Positions 30,229 to 40,723 of a stretch of DNA of 64,000 nt are shown in pieces. Made by a program: the position numbers and the translations under genes. The notes under the pieces were generated by a model. That model saw only the letters and a list, made by a program, of their open reading frames with translations. It was not told where the DNA came from and made no database searches. Position 1 is the first letter of the stretch. The number at the start of each line of letters is the position of its first letter. Source of the stretch: Pseudomonadota bacterium (lineage in GTDB: Bacteria; Pseudomonadota; Alphaproteobacteria; UBA8366); the NCBI GenBank assembly GCA_036339585.1, contig JAYZAS010000004.1:121767-185766 (forward strand). The letters are read 5' to 3'.

Positions 30229-31029
30229 ATGATTCTCTCTTGCCCTCAATGCAATGCCAATTTTAACCTCGATGATGCTGTGCTTGGTACAGAAGGACGT
30301 AAGGTAAAATGCAGCAAATGCGGGCATCGCTGGCATGCCATTCCAGATATAGTACTGGAAGAACCGAGCACTCAACCAGACAAAGATACTCCACCAGACG
30401 CACAACAAGAGGAGGAGATCAATGACGCCGATCCGTTCGCTGACCTAGCTGATGGTCCGAATGATACAAACGAGAGTATTTCGGGTGATCAAACAACAGC
30501 TTCCGATAGTGATGAGCCATTTTCTGCTTATGCCGGCTCACAAGATGGATTGGCAAATAATTTCGAAGAAAGTGCGGGGAGGCAAAGCGCAAAAAAGGGA
30601 ATTTTCCGCATTATCAAGGGGATAGTGCTAATATCGCTAATTGTTATTATTTTACTAGGAATAAGCTTCCGAGCGGATCTTGCGAAAATTTACCCCCCAA
30701 TTGAAAGGATTTTTGAGCTTATTAACATTCCGGTGAAACCATTGGGATATGGACTCAAACTTTCAAACACAGACTCAAAACTCAGGCAAGAGGGCGACGA
30801 TAGTGTAATGGCAATCTCCGGAGAAATCGAAAATACCCTCGCAGATACCATTGACCTGCCTCCCTTAAAGAGTGAATTCTACGACCCCATGGGCACAATT
30901 ATATTCACTCACCATTTTAAAGCTCCTCTTCCAGAAATATTGCCGGGTGAAAAAGTTAAATATAAAACAGAAATTAAAAACCCACCATCTGAGTCAGTAC
31001 GAATCGAGATTACTTTCACTAGAAAATGA
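30229..31029 (+). CDS. MJ0042-type zinc-ribbon protein with a TM and a DUF3426-like C-domain
   Basis: N-terminus 'CPQCNANFNL...KVKCSKCGHRW', then an acidic linker, one TM and a beta-rich C-terminus. Divergent from ftsE, as is common in alphaproteobacteria. Confidence 0.75.
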   Translation: MILSCPQCNANFNLDDAVLGTEGRKVKCSKCGHRWHAIPDIVLEEPSTQPDKDTPPDAQQEEEINDADPFADLADGPNDTNESISGDQTTASDSDEPFSAYAGSQDGLANNFEESAGRQSAKKGIFRIIKGIVLISLIVIILLGISFRADLAKIYPPIERIFELINIPVKPLGYGLKLSNTDSKLRQEGDDSVMAISGEIENTLADTIDLPPLKSEFYDPMGTIIFTHHFKAPLPEILPGEKVKYKTEIKNPPSESVRIEITFTRK

Positions 31030-31134
31030 AATGCTCAATTTATCTAGTTTTGAGAATTTTCTAATAATCTTTTTTGATAGATACGGCCAAAAAATAAACT
31101 CAATAAGAATTATTATTAGTGCCCCGTACTAGCA

Positions 31135-31166
31135 TTTCACACCGCAATTCTGTGGAAATTTTTTTT
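31135..31166 (+). terminator. weak candidate intrinsic terminator
   Basis: TTTCACA(31135-41)/TGTGGAAA(31151-58) forms a 7-bp stem with a 1-nt bulge and a 9-nt loop. A T8 run (31159-66) follows directly. The stem is AT-rich and weak. Confidence 0.3.
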
Positions 31167-31228
31167 AATATTTACTGTGATGTGCCTAATCTCACATCTG
31201 AAGCTTATCGTGAGCCCATAATTCAACA

Positions 31229-32497
31229 CTAGTCCTGCCAATCCGCGAACTGCTCGAGCGAGAACATCTCTTCATAACTGGGACGTTTTCTCACAATGGA
31301 AAAGTCACTTCCACGAACAAGAATTTCTGGCACCAAACATCTACTATTGTAAGAAGACGACATGGAAGCGCCATATGCACCAGCTTCATTAATTGCCAAG
31401 TAATCCCCCTCCATAATATCAGGCATGGCAATTTGACGAGCGAACGTGTCACCAGTCTCACATACCGGTCCCACAATATCGAAGAGGTTCGTGCAAGCGT
31501 CTTTCGGGGGCATACGTACCGGCTGAATATCATGTTGAGCGTCATAAAGAGCTGGACGAATTAAGTCGTTCATCGCCGCATCAACGATAATGAAATTGCG
31601 CCCCTCGCCTTTTTTTACGTATATAACTTTCGTAACTAGAATGCCCGCGTTCCCGGCAAGAGCACGCCCCGGTTCAAACATAAGCGTACAATCAATGTCG
31701 CCTAACACTTCATTAACTACTTGCGCGTATAAGTCAGGTCCGGGCACCTCATTAGACTCCCTATCGTACGCTATCCCTAGCCCTCCGCCCAAATCAATAC
31801 GACGTATTTGATGGCCGGCACTGCCGAGGGCCGTTACCAATTCTCTTAATCTTTTGAAAGCAGTTCGAAATGGGTCAAGGTCTACAAGCTGCGATCCAAT
31901 ATGCATCGCAACAGCTGTGGGACGAACACCAGGTAAACTTGAAGCGTATTCGTAAATACTTTCCGCTGCTGAGATATCAATTCCAAACTTATTTTCCTGC
32001 CGACCTGTTGTAATTTTCTCGTGGGTAACTGCATCTACGTCAGGATTAACTCGTACGGCAATCTCAGCCTCGACACCATGTTGACATGCAATCTCGGATA
32101 ATAATTTAAGTTCGGATAGCGATTCTACATTTATCTGCAGAATTCTTTTATCAAGTGCGTATCTAAGCTCCTCTAGAGTTTTCCCAACTCCCGAAAATAC
32201 AATTTTTTCTGCTGGCACACCGCCCACAAGTGCACGGCGTAATTCTCCCTCGGAAACGACGTCAGCTCCCGCCCCGAGAGAAGATAGCGTATTTATGACC
32301 GCAAGATTTGGATTGGCTTTTACGGCAAAACAAACGAGACTGTTTCGCCGACTAAATGCGTTTTCAAACGCCTGGTAATTATGTTTTAGAGCAGCAGTCG
32401 AATAACAATAAAAGGGAGTTCTTATGGAATGGGCAAGCGCTTCCAGACTGTTACCCTCTGCATGTAAAATCCCATTAGTATATGCGAATTCACTCAT
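31229..32497 (-). CDS. lysA: diaminopimelate decarboxylase
   Basis: 422 aa with PLP-lysine 'CFAVKANPN', 'DLGGGLGI' and 'GPVCETGD'. Confidence 0.95.
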   Translation of the reverse strand: MSEFAYTNGILHAEGNSLEALAHSIRTPFYCYSTAALKHNYQAFENAFSRRNSLVCFAVKANPNLAVINTLSSLGAGADVVSEGELRRALVGGVPAEKIVFSGVGKTLEELRYALDKRILQINVESLSELKLLSEIACQHGVEAEIAVRVNPDVDAVTHEKITTGRQENKFGIDISAAESIYEYASSLPGVRPTAVAMHIGSQLVDLDPFRTAFKRLRELVTALGSAGHQIRRIDLGGGLGIAYDRESNEVPGPDLYAQVVNEVLGDIDCTLMFEPGRALAGNAGILVTKVIYVKKGEGRNFIIVDAAMNDLIRPALYDAQHDIQPVRMPPKDACTNLFDIVGPVCETGDTFARQIAMPDIMEGDYLAINEAGAYGASMSSSYNSRCLVPEILVRGSDFSIVRKRPSYEEMFSLEQFADWQD

Positions 32498-32631
32498 CTG
32501 GTTGCAGGGTAGCTGCGTGGGTATTCAGATTTACCGAGCGCCTTGGGGTCATTTTTAACCCCACAGGAAGCAATAACCACGGTCGTAGACAATAAGACAA
32601 AAGCCGCCAAGATGTTTTTTACTGACTTCAC
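32494..32631 (-). CDS. small lipoprotein, LptM/YifL-like
   Basis: Below the ORF-track cutoff. GTG start at 32631. Translation is (M)[44 protein letters not shown], with lipobox 'IASC' and the 'YPRxYP' tail. The start overlaps the argH stop (GTGA) and the stop overlaps the lysA start (ATGA). Confidence 0.72.
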   Translation of the reverse strand: MKSVKNILAAFVLLSTTVVIASCGVKNDPKALGKSEYPRSYPATR

Positions 32632-34019
32632 AGATAACGCTCCTTTGCTGCTGCTAGCGCTTCGCGCACACGCTGCGGCGCTGTGCCACCAAAACTTGTG
32701 CGGCTCGCTGCAGAAGCCTCAACACTCAACACAGAGAATACAGCATCGTTGATACGCTTTTCTACTTTTTGCATCTCGGGTAGCGATAACTCAGCTAATT
32801 CACAGCCTTTTGACTCTGCATTTCTCACCAGTACACCCGTCACATGGTGAGCATCACGAAATGGTAAATCTAATTCCCTTACTAGCCAGTCAGCTAGGTC
32901 TGTAGCCGTTGGGTAACCCTTTTCTAATGCCGCCATCATTGCTTCTTTATTAATTTTCATGTCTTCTAACATTCCAGTCAAGGCCGCAATTACCAATGTT
33001 AAAGAGTCTGTCGCGTCAAAAACCGGCTCTTTGTCTTCCTGCAAATCCTTAGCATAAGCAAGTGGTAAACCTTTTATGACTACCAAAAGAGCTTGTAATG
33101 ACCCTAAAATGCGACCGGTTTTACCACGCGCCAGCTCAGCAGCATCAGGATTACGTTTTTGAGGCATAATTGATGACCCTGTGCTAAACGAGTCGCTTAG
33201 CTCCACAAATCCGAATTGCGGCGATGCCCATAGCACAATCTCCTCGGCAAAGCGTGAGAGATTTACAGCTGTGATTGCAGCGACACTTAGGAACTCAGCA
33301 GCAAAGTCGCGGGCCGATACTGCATCCAGCGAATTAGGCATAGGTCGGTCAAAACCAAGCAACAAAGCGGTCGCGTTCCGGTCTACTGGGAACGAGGTAC
33401 CAGCAAGAGCTGCACTGCCGAGTGGACATTCATTATGCCTTTTGCGGCAATCGGTTAATCGAGAACGATCCCTGCCTAACATCTCTACGTAGGCTAACAT
33501 GTGGTGTCCAAATGTAATTGGTTGGGCAGGCTGAAGATGTGTCAGGCCCGGAAGAAGCGTATCAAAGTGACTTTCTCCTAGCTCAATCAAAGCAGCCTGC
33601 AAGTCACGTAACTGTATATCAAGCTGGTCAATCGTGTCTCTTACCCATAATCGAAAGTCAGTTGCTACTTGGTCATTTCGGCTACGCGCAGTGTGGAGCC
33701 TCCCAGCCGCATCACCTATTAATTCTTTTAACCGGGATTCGATATTTAAATGTATATCCTCGAATTCTAGTTGAAATTGAAATTTACCTGTTTCAATTTC
33801 AATCAATATTTGATCAAGACCGTTTAAAATTTTAGAACCATCATCGCCACCAATGATACCCTGGTCTAACAACATTTTCGCATGCGCTTTTGAACACGCA
33901 ATATCTTGCTCAAAAAGACGCTGGTCGAACTCGATGGAAGCATTTATCTGTTCCATAATGTCAGCGGGGCCTGCGGTGAACCGTCCACCCCACATTTTAC
34001 TCTTTTTCATAAGGGGCAC
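32628..34019 (-). CDS. argH: argininosuccinate lyase
   Basis: 463 aa with '[15 protein letters not shown]', 'TARSRNDQV' and '[11 protein letters not shown]'. Confidence 0.95.
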   Translation of the reverse strand: MPLMKKSKMWGGRFTAGPADIMEQINASIEFDQRLFEQDIACSKAHAKMLLDQGIIGGDDGSKILNGLDQILIEIETGKFQFQLEFEDIHLNIESRLKELIGDAAGRLHTARSRNDQVATDFRLWVRDTIDQLDIQLRDLQAALIELGESHFDTLLPGLTHLQPAQPITFGHHMLAYVEMLGRDRSRLTDCRKRHNECPLGSAALAGTSFPVDRNATALLLGFDRPMPNSLDAVSARDFAAEFLSVAAITAVNLSRFAEEIVLWASPQFGFVELSDSFSTGSSIMPQKRNPDAAELARGKTGRILGSLQALLVVIKGLPLAYAKDLQEDKEPVFDATDSLTLVIAALTGMLEDMKINKEAMMAALEKGYPTATDLADWLVRELDLPFRDAHHVTGVLVRNAESKGCELAELSLPEMQKVEKRINDAVFSVLSVEASAASRTSFGGTAPQRVREALAAAKERYL

Positions 34020-34023
34020 CTAA

Positions 34024-34593
34024 ATGTCATATGTCCTCAAAAAATATCTCAAGCCAGTGTTTTTTGGCACCGTCATTTTTATAGCTCTTATCACATGGTT
34101 TATAACCGGATCATCCAACACGCCACCGATAAAAGGCCAGATGAAAAATTTTAAAATCAGCAATCGGATCATACCAACGCCGCGGATACCATTTCATGAT
34201 GCAAACGGCAATAAAAAGGTGTTAGCTGATTTTGAAGGAAAAGTGCTTCTGATAAATTTTTGGGCAACCTGGTGCGCACCGTGTATACGTGAAATACCCT
34301 CCATTGCGCGCCTCCACGCTAAGAAAGATGGCCAGAATTTTAAAGTTTTACCAGTCAGCACCGATTCTAAAGGTGCAAAAGCCCCTCTGAATTTTCTCAA
34401 AAAAATTAAACAAACTAATTTGCCTATTTACGTCGATACCAAGATGATGCTAGCGAGAGCCATGGGTGTCAACGTCCTTCCTACTACCATATTAGTCGAT
34501 AGGCGTGGCAAACTTATCGGGCGCATTGTCGGTGCAGCGGAATGGGATAGCGCCGATGCCCTCGCCTTGATTAATCACTATCAGAAAAAATAA
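34024..34593 (+). CDS. TlpA-like thiol:disulfide oxidoreductase
   Basis: 189 aa with an N-terminal anchor and thioredoxin motif 'FWATWCAPC'. Confidence 0.85.
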   Translation: MSYVLKKYLKPVFFGTVIFIALITWFITGSSNTPPIKGQMKNFKISNRIIPTPRIPFHDANGNKKVLADFEGKVLLINFWATWCAPCIREIPSIARLHAKKDGQNFKVLPVSTDSKGAKAPLNFLKKIKQTNLPIYVDTKMMLARAMGVNVLPTTILVDRRGKLIGRIVGAAEWDSADALALINHYQKK

Positions 34594-34641
34594 TTTCGGT
34601 AGATAAACGTTATTATAGCTCTATCTATGCAGATAAGGGGG

Positions 34642-35574
34642 TTAATTTAATTTTTGCTCCAATTCTGGAACCAGCTCAAAAAGGTCACCTACAACACCAT
34701 AATCTGCCACTTGAAAAATTGGTGCTTCTTCGTCTTTATTTATCGCAACAATAACCTTACTGTCCTTCATGCCTGCTAAATGTTGGATGGCGCCAGATAT
34801 ACCAACAGCGATATATAACTCCGGCGCCACTATTTTACCGGTCTGGCCTACCTGATAGTCATTTGGCACGAACCCTGCGTCGACAGCCGCTCGGGATGCG
34901 CCAACTGCAGCTTCCAATTTGTCAGCTACCTTCTCAAGCATCGCAAAGTTATCGCCAGACTGCATACCACGACCACCAGATATAATAATATCGGCAGCGG
35001 TCAACTCGGGCCGCTCGGATTTTGACAACTCAGACCCCACATATGAAGATAGTCCAGATTCACCGGATGCATCGATTTTTACGACCTCTGCCGAACCGCC
35101 GTCAGCCGCAGCAGCATCAAATGCGGTTGCCCGCACAGTGATTATTTTTTTCTCATCCACTGATTCAACAGTCGCTATAGCGTTGCCAGCATAAATCGGC
35201 CGCTCAAAAGTTTTATCGTCAATTACAGCGCTTATATCTGAAATTTGTTGTACATCCAGAACCGCCGATACTCGCGGCATAACATTTTTTCCAAAAGTGT
35301 TTGCTGGTGCCCATATGTGCGTGTAATCAGCGGCAACCTTTTCTATCAGTGGGGCAATGTTTTCAGCAAGGGAAGCCGAGTATTCTGAACTGTCGGCGTG
35401 CAAAACCTTGGTAACACCACTAATTTGGGCCGCAGCTTCAGCTGCCATATCGGAGCCAGAGCCGGCTAATAAGAGATGCACTTCATCCCCTAGCTTTTGG
35501 GCTGCGGTTACAGCACTAAGGGTCGCTCCTTTAATTTCAGTGTTGTCATGCTCTACCAAAACTAAACTTGCCAT
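34642..35574 (-). CDS. etfA: electron transfer flavoprotein subunit alpha
   Basis: 310 aa with the C-terminal FAD region '[20 protein letters not shown]'. Confidence 0.95.
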   Translation of the reverse strand: MASLVLVEHDNTEIKGATLSAVTAAQKLGDEVHLLLAGSGSDMAAEAAAQISGVTKVLHADSSEYSASLAENIAPLIEKVAADYTHIWAPANTFGKNVMPRVSAVLDVQQISDISAVIDDKTFERPIYAGNAIATVESVDEKKIITVRATAFDAAAADGGSAEVVKIDASGESGLSSYVGSELSKSERPELTAADIIISGGRGMQSGDNFAMLEKVADKLEAAVGASRAAVDAGFVPNDYQVGQTGKIVAPELYIAVGISGAIQHLAGMKDSKVIVAINKDEEAPIFQVADYGVVGDLFELVPELEQKLN

Positions 35575-35576
35575 AT

Positions 35577-36326
35577 CTATATCACTTTCGCTTCATTTCT
35601 GAGTTTTTCGATCAATGCGTCAATGTTCTCTAGGATTTCACCTCCGTCTCTGCTAGGAGGCTCTGTTACTTTGAGTGTTTTGAGACGCGGCGTAATATCA
35701 ACCTCAAGATCATCCGGGGTCATTGTATCAATAGGTTTCTTCTTGGCTTTCATAATGTTCGGCAAAGAAGCATATCGAGGCTCATTCAAACGTAGGTCTA
35801 CGGTAATAACCGCAGGCATCTTAACTTTCACGGTTTCGAGCCCACCGTCTATTTCTCGTACAACCTCAGTTTCACTTTCACCAAGTTGAATTTTTGATGC
35901 ATTTGTTGCTTGGCTCCATCCGAGCATAGCAGCAAGTAGTTGCCCTACCTGATTACTATCATCGTCAATAGCCTGTTTTCCAGCTATCACAACATCAGGA
36001 TTTTCTTTTTCAGCGACTGTCTTGAGCAACTTTGCTACAGCGAGCGGCTCCACGTCTTCATCAGTCTGAACTAACACACCCCTATCAGCTCCCATGGCCA
36101 GCGCAGTCCGAATAGTTTCCTGAGACTGTTGCGGGCCCACTGACACAATGACGACTTCATTTGCAGTGCCCGACTCTTTTAATCGCACAGCTTCTTCGAC
36201 AGAGATCTCGTCGAATGGATTCATCGACATTTTAACGTTTGCCGTCTCAACGCCAGTCTCATCGGGTTTTACCCGAATTTTTACATTGTAATCTACTACC
36301 CGTTTAACGGGGACGAGAACTTTCAT
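35577..36326 (-). CDS. etfB: electron transfer flavoprotein subunit beta
   Basis: 249 aa starting '[19 protein letters not shown]', with '[14 protein letters not shown]'. Confidence 0.95.
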   Translation of the reverse strand: MKVLVPVKRVVDYNVKIRVKPDETGVETANVKMSMNPFDEISVEEAVRLKESGTANEVVIVSVGPQQSQETIRTALAMGADRGVLVQTDEDVEPLAVAKLLKTVAEKENPDVVIAGKQAIDDDSNQVGQLLAAMLGWSQATNASKIQLGESETEVVREIDGGLETVKVKMPAVITVDLRLNEPRYASLPNIMKAKKKPIDTMTPDDLEVDITPRLKTLKVTEPPSRDGGEILENIDALIEKLRNEAKVI

Positions 36327-36550
36327 CGTCTGCTTTCTCTTTTTTGTTACAAAATCGAATATCTACGCCCAATGTTATGAGAAACACCTGTTGTTCTGTC
36401 AAGCGGACAGCCTGTCGCAGTAATTTAAAGAAGAGCTGCCGCACATGTCATCGCAATCGATACGGCCACCTAATCAGTGCAATACTCCGATGGTTTTGCC
36501 CAACTCTGCTGCATACAATAACGGAGTCCTTTCATATGATCATTATTTTG

Positions 36551-37126
36551 TCATTTTTTCGACTGGTTGCCGCCGGGAACCCAAAGCAAGTCTAAATTAC
36601 CACGGTCATTGCAGTGTCTTGAAAGCACGAAGAAGTAGTCGGACAAACGATTAAGATACTTTAACACCGCTTCACTAATTTTTTCTCGTTCCCCCAACTC
36701 GCAAACAAGACGTTCGGCCCGTCGCACTACAGTGCGCGCAAGGTGCAAATACGCTGCTACCTTAGATCCGCCTGGTAATACGAAGCTACCCAATGGTTTG
36801 AGCCCATCATTCACGACGTCTATTTCATTTTCCAACCATTGCCATTGCTCATCCGTTATGCGTAAGGCTCCAGTTTTGCGCTCTTTACCGTGAGGAGTGC
36901 AAAGATCTGCCCCAAGGTCAAACAGATCGTTTTGTATGCGTGCAAGTAGTGTCTTTAACGACTGATCATCCAAATGAGCGTGTACCAATCCAACTATTGC
37001 ATTTACCTCATCCACAGTGCCATACGCTTGAACTCTTATGTTGCTCTTGGCGACCCGCTCTCCGTTGCCTAAGGAGGTTACCCCCCCGTCGCCACCGCCC
37101 GTGTAGATACGGTCCAACTTTACCAT
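36551..37126 (-). CDS. cob(I)yrinic acid a,c-diamide adenosyltransferase, PduO type
   Basis: 191 aa with 'IYTGGGDGGVTSL' and 'IQNDLFDLGADL'. Confidence 0.85.
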   Translation of the reverse strand: MVKLDRIYTGGGDGGVTSLGNGERVAKSNIRVQAYGTVDEVNAIVGLVHAHLDDQSLKTLLARIQNDLFDLGADLCTPHGKERKTGALRITDEQWQWLENEIDVVNDGLKPLGSFVLPGGSKVAAYLHLARTVVRRAERLVCELGEREKISEAVLKYLNRLSDYFFVLSRHCNDRGNLDLLWVPGGNQSKK

Positions 37127-37326
37127 CAGGTCTGTCCACTCAGCAGCGCCAAAACAGCAATTAAGGCAACCGCCAAGAATTGGAAAACTATTCGGGCACG
37201 CATTAACTTGTTTGAATACTTAGAGTTGAATTTACCACCACGTGCCATTGCGAATAAACCGACCATAAGGACACCCACAGTGGCTATTATTGCTGCAAAA
37301 ATAAGAAACGGAATAATGCTGGACAT
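37126..37326 (-). CDS. twin-transmembrane-helix small protein (HIG1-domain-like)
   Basis: 66 aa. Two TM helices are separated by 'ARGGKFNSKYSNKLMRARI'. Confidence 0.7.
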   Translation of the reverse strand: MSSIIPFLIFAAIIATVGVLMVGLFAMARGGKFNSKYSNKLMRARIVFQFLAVALIAVLALLSGQT

Positions 37327-37349
37327 AACTACTCAGTCAAATTCAAAAA

Positions 37350-37784
37350 TTATCGTATGGTCTCGTATGCCATAGTCATAGTGTCACGTTCCTCTTGTGT
37401 GACCTTCAGGAGATAAGAAAATAAATCGCGTACACTAAACATGGCAACCAACTCTCCTTTTTCAATAACCGGCACATGACGTATACGTTTTTCCTTCATT
37501 ACTCCAATTATGTCTCTTATTTTATCCTCCGGTTTGGCAGAAAATACTGTTGTTTTCATTATGTCAGAAATTTTTTGCTTTTTCCAATTGTCATCCGACT
37601 CACTACATATACGCACAATGTCCCGCTCCGAGATGATGCCTACAACATGTTTTTCTGCATCACAAACCGGCAAGGCACCTATATCATTACCAGCCAATAT
37701 TTCTATAGCGTCACCGACAGCCTTGTTTGGCGCAATTGTAAATAAGTTGCGACTAGTGTCTGTCAGCAGATCTTCTATCGGCAT
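37350..37784 (-). CDS. CBS-domain pair protein
   Basis: 144 aa with two CBS repeats ('IGALPVCD...VVGIISERDI', 'IRHVPVIEKGELVAMFSVRDL'). Confidence 0.85.
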   Translation of the reverse strand: MPIEDLLTDTSRNLFTIAPNKAVGDAIEILAGNDIGALPVCDAEKHVVGIISERDIVRICSESDDNWKKQKISDIMKTTVFSAKPEDKIRDIIGVMKEKRIRHVPVIEKGELVAMFSVRDLFSYLLKVTQEERDTMTMAYETIR

Positions 37785-37878
37785 ATTTACGCTCCAATTA
37801 TGGTCAATTCCCCCAAGTGTTACCTTGATGCCCCAGCGCTAGGCGAATAGAGAGACCGTCCATCATATGTGTGTTCAA

Positions 37879-37905
37879 TTTTTTTTTTATCAACATTTTT
37901 TTTTT
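37879..37905. repeat. two T10 homopolymer runs separated by ATCAACA, followed about 90 nt later by phased A-tracts (37993-38030)
   Basis: Read directly: T10 (37879-88), ATCAACA, T10 (37896-905). Further on comes A7-cat-A6-g-A5-T5-A5. Located in the divergent intergenic region between the CBS gene and the orphan ORF. Confidence 0.9.
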
Positions 37906-38105
37906 AATTTATAGACCTTCCGTTGCACTTGAGGAACATTGATGAAACAGTGGGGGTAAAGATTAGCAAGATATATAGGATAGTCTTTTCCCAAAAAAAT
38001 CATAAAAAAGAAAAATTTTTAAAAATATGCTTAAACTCGGTTTCCAGCTAACAACTATAATGTCCCCTTAAGCTAGAGTGCATAATTATCCAAAGTGAAT
38101 TACAA

Positions 38106-39023
38106 ATGTGTTTCATGCAGTGCCAGGGGTATAGTTACGAAATGAGCGAGAACCATAGAAAACCGAAGATTTTCACCGGCAGAGATAAACCTGAACGCGA
38201 ACGGAAACTTAGAGTTTTGGCTGATAGTTGGGCACAAAAAGCTCATTCACTACACCAGATTTTTAAGTTTGTTTTGGAAGATCACACCCATTTCATAACA
38301 TTAGATTTGCCACCTTATGCTTCAAATTTTTCTAAACAACTTGTATCTACCGCCCATTCTCCATCAAACATAAAGCCATTACATCAACGTCTTTACTGGG
38401 CAACAAAAATGCTGTCGGGATATCAATTGAGCGATCAATGTCTAGTGGAGCTCAGAACAGAACGCATGCTCACTGAAGCTTGCTGGGAACAAGTAGTCAA
38501 GTTTGTGATAACCGGCGTCAAAGGGAGAACACTTAGCAGGCGAGAAATTTCCAATTATCTCGACGGTTTTGGTATAAATTTATCCGTCTTACCGGAAGAT
38601 GCCTACGAGCTTGCAAAAAAGATAATCGGCAACACCATTCCGAAGCCTGTAGCCTGCCTTCAGGGCCAGAGTATTCCCATCCTTTATTATCCAAATGGGC
38701 AAAATGAAGTCGTATTTGAAATTAAATTTGACCTCGGCATGGGACACAGCTTCGATGGATACAAAATTGACATAGTTGAAGTTGAAGTTGAACTAAAAGA
38801 TTCTGACCAAAGCATAACTTTCGAACACGTTGAAGGATTGTTCGATACATCAGAAAACATCCTTAAGACTGCCTTCCCGGGAGTCTTAGAACAAACAACC
38901 GTCTCTAAGCCTACACCTTTATTCCGACACATGCGCGAGTGGCAATCATGTGATGTTGAATCATTCGAGGCGGCATACGAAGCATTATCTGACAGCCAGT
39001 GGACGGAGCCAACGCCTTCCTAA
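38106..39023 (+). CDS. orphan hypothetical protein (no family recognised)
   Basis: 305-aa ORF, or 293 aa from ATG 38142 (MSENHRK...). It looks visibly more AT-rich than its neighbours. There is no clear SD. The C-terminal third is beta-strand-like ('VVFEIKFDL...YKIDIVEVEVELKD'). Confidence 0.5.
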   Translation: MCFMQCQGYSYEMSENHRKPKIFTGRDKPERERKLRVLADSWAQKAHSLHQIFKFVLEDHTHFITLDLPPYASNFSKQLVSTAHSPSNIKPLHQRLYWATKMLSGYQLSDQCLVELRTERMLTEACWEQVVKFVITGVKGRTLSRREISNYLDGFGINLSVLPEDAYELAKKIIGNTIPKPVACLQGQSIPILYYPNGQNEVVFEIKFDLGMGHSFDGYKIDIVEVEVELKDSDQSITFEHVEGLFDTSENILKTAFPGVLEQTTVSKPTPLFRHMREWQSCDVESFEAAYEALSDSQWTEPTPS

Positions 39024-40723
39024 TTACGCTCACTTAATAGACCACGAGCAATCACGTTAGCCTGTATCTCTGCAGTTCCCTCGAAGACGTTAAGAATTCG
39101 CGCATCGCAAAGTACTCGCGAAATTGGAAATTCTTCCGCATACCCAACACCGCCATGTATTTGCACTGCATTGTCCGCGTTAGACCAGGCAGCACGTGCA
39201 CCAAGTAATTTTGCCATTCCTGCCTCGATGTCACAACGGCGATCCTGATCCTTCTGGCGCGCCGCAAAATAGGTCATCTGACGTGAGATCATTGTATCCA
39301 CAGCCATCCACCCGATTTTACCAGAAATACGAGGAAAATTTATTAAGGGCTTATCAAATTGTTGTCGGTCATGAGCATATAGAAGAGCGAGCTCAAGTGC
39401 GTTTTGAGCAACGCCGACGGCACGTGCCGCCGTCTGTATCCGCGCCGCCTCAAATGTCGCCATTAATTGTTTGAAACCCTCGCCCTCTTTAGCGCCTAAC
39501 AACTGATCGGCTTTGACTTTGAAGTTATCAAAAGCTATATCGTATTCTTTCATTCCGCGATAACCCAAGACCCCGATCTCCCCACCCGACATTCCTTGAG
39601 CAGGAAACGGCTCATCTTCATTACCGCGAGGTTTTGCAGCAAGAAACATAGACAAACCACGGTATCCCGGCTCATTTGGATTGGTGCGAGCAAGTAATGT
39701 CATTAGGTCACTTCTAGCGCCATGTGTGATCCAAGTTTTATTGCCGAATATTCGATAATCCTCACCATCGCGTTCGGCGCGAGTTCTGAGGCTTCCAAGG
39801 TCAGACCCCGTGTTTGGTTCCGTAAAAACGGCTGTTGGCAATACTTCGCCTGACACAATCTTTGGTAGCCAATGATCTTGTTGTTCGGTTGTTCCGCTTT
39901 TGATAATTAGTTCTGCAGCGATGTCAGAGCGCGTCCCCAATGAACCAACTCCTATGTAGCCTCGGCTTAGCTCTTCAGTGACGACCACCATTGCTAACTT
40001 TCCAAGCCCCGCACCACCAAATTTTTCCGGCACAGTGAGCCCAAAAACACCCAAGCTTGCAAGTTCATCAATCAAGTCAAGGGGAATTAAATCATCCTCG
40101 ATATGCCATTGATGGCAATAGGGAGCTATTTTTTCATTTGAGAATCGCCGAAATTGATCAGCCATCATATCAAGCGTTTCGTCACATAGTCCCATGTTTC
40201 CATGCTTATTTTCAATAATAAGTTCCGCGATACGTGCACGCACCTCAATGCGATTTCCTTCATTTGCGAGCACGGCCACTGCAGGTTGATCAAATTCAGC
40301 CAATGCATCATCGGCTAGACCTATATCCTCCGGCCGCACGATCTCCCCCTGGCTGATGGAAATGCCACCCCAAAGTTGATTAAGGTATTCCCCAAAAGCG
40401 CTTTGGAGAATGAGTGCCTCTTGTTCCCCGAACAGCCCAGTTTCATTTAATCGGCCCGCCCAAGCACGCATTTGCCTTAGTGCTTCCACATAAGTGGCTA
40501 TCCAAGCATACCCATGTGCTGCAAATTGCTCCTCCTCAAGAAGGTCACTTTCAATTTGCCCTGTAGGCGCCACCTTCCCGCGCATAACCTCCCTGGCATT
40601 ATCTGCTAAATGTTCAGCAGCGGCCACGGCCACGTCACAATGACCAAGCAAATGTTCAATAACGTAATCACCCAACATTTCAGGGTGTTCGGTGGGCGAT
40701 TTCACTGTGGCGATCTGACTCAC
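39020..40723 (-). CDS. acyl-CoA dehydrogenase, long form with an N-terminal extension
   Basis: 567 aa with the C-terminal 'IHGGVGYAEEFPISRVLCDARILNVFEGTAEIQ' and a mid-region 'TEPNTGSD'. Confidence 0.9.
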   Translation of the reverse strand: MSQIATVKSPTEHPEMLGDYVIEHLLGHCDVAVAAAEHLADNAREVMRGKVAPTGQIESDLLEEEQFAAHGYAWIATYVEALRQMRAWAGRLNETGLFGEQEALILQSAFGEYLNQLWGGISISQGEIVRPEDIGLADDALAEFDQPAVAVLANEGNRIEVRARIAELIIENKHGNMGLCDETLDMMADQFRRFSNEKIAPYCHQWHIEDDLIPLDLIDELASLGVFGLTVPEKFGGAGLGKLAMVVVTEELSRGYIGVGSLGTRSDIAAELIIKSGTTEQQDHWLPKIVSGEVLPTAVFTEPNTGSDLGSLRTRAERDGEDYRIFGNKTWITHGARSDLMTLLARTNPNEPGYRGLSMFLAAKPRGNEDEPFPAQGMSGGEIGVLGYRGMKEYDIAFDNFKVKADQLLGAKEGEGFKQLMATFEAARIQTAARAVGVAQNALELALLYAHDRQQFDKPLINFPRISGKIGWMAVDTMISRQMTYFAARQKDQDRRCDIEAGMAKLLGARAAWSNADNAVQIHGGVGYAEEFPISRVLCDARILNVFEGTAEIQANVIARGLLSERN

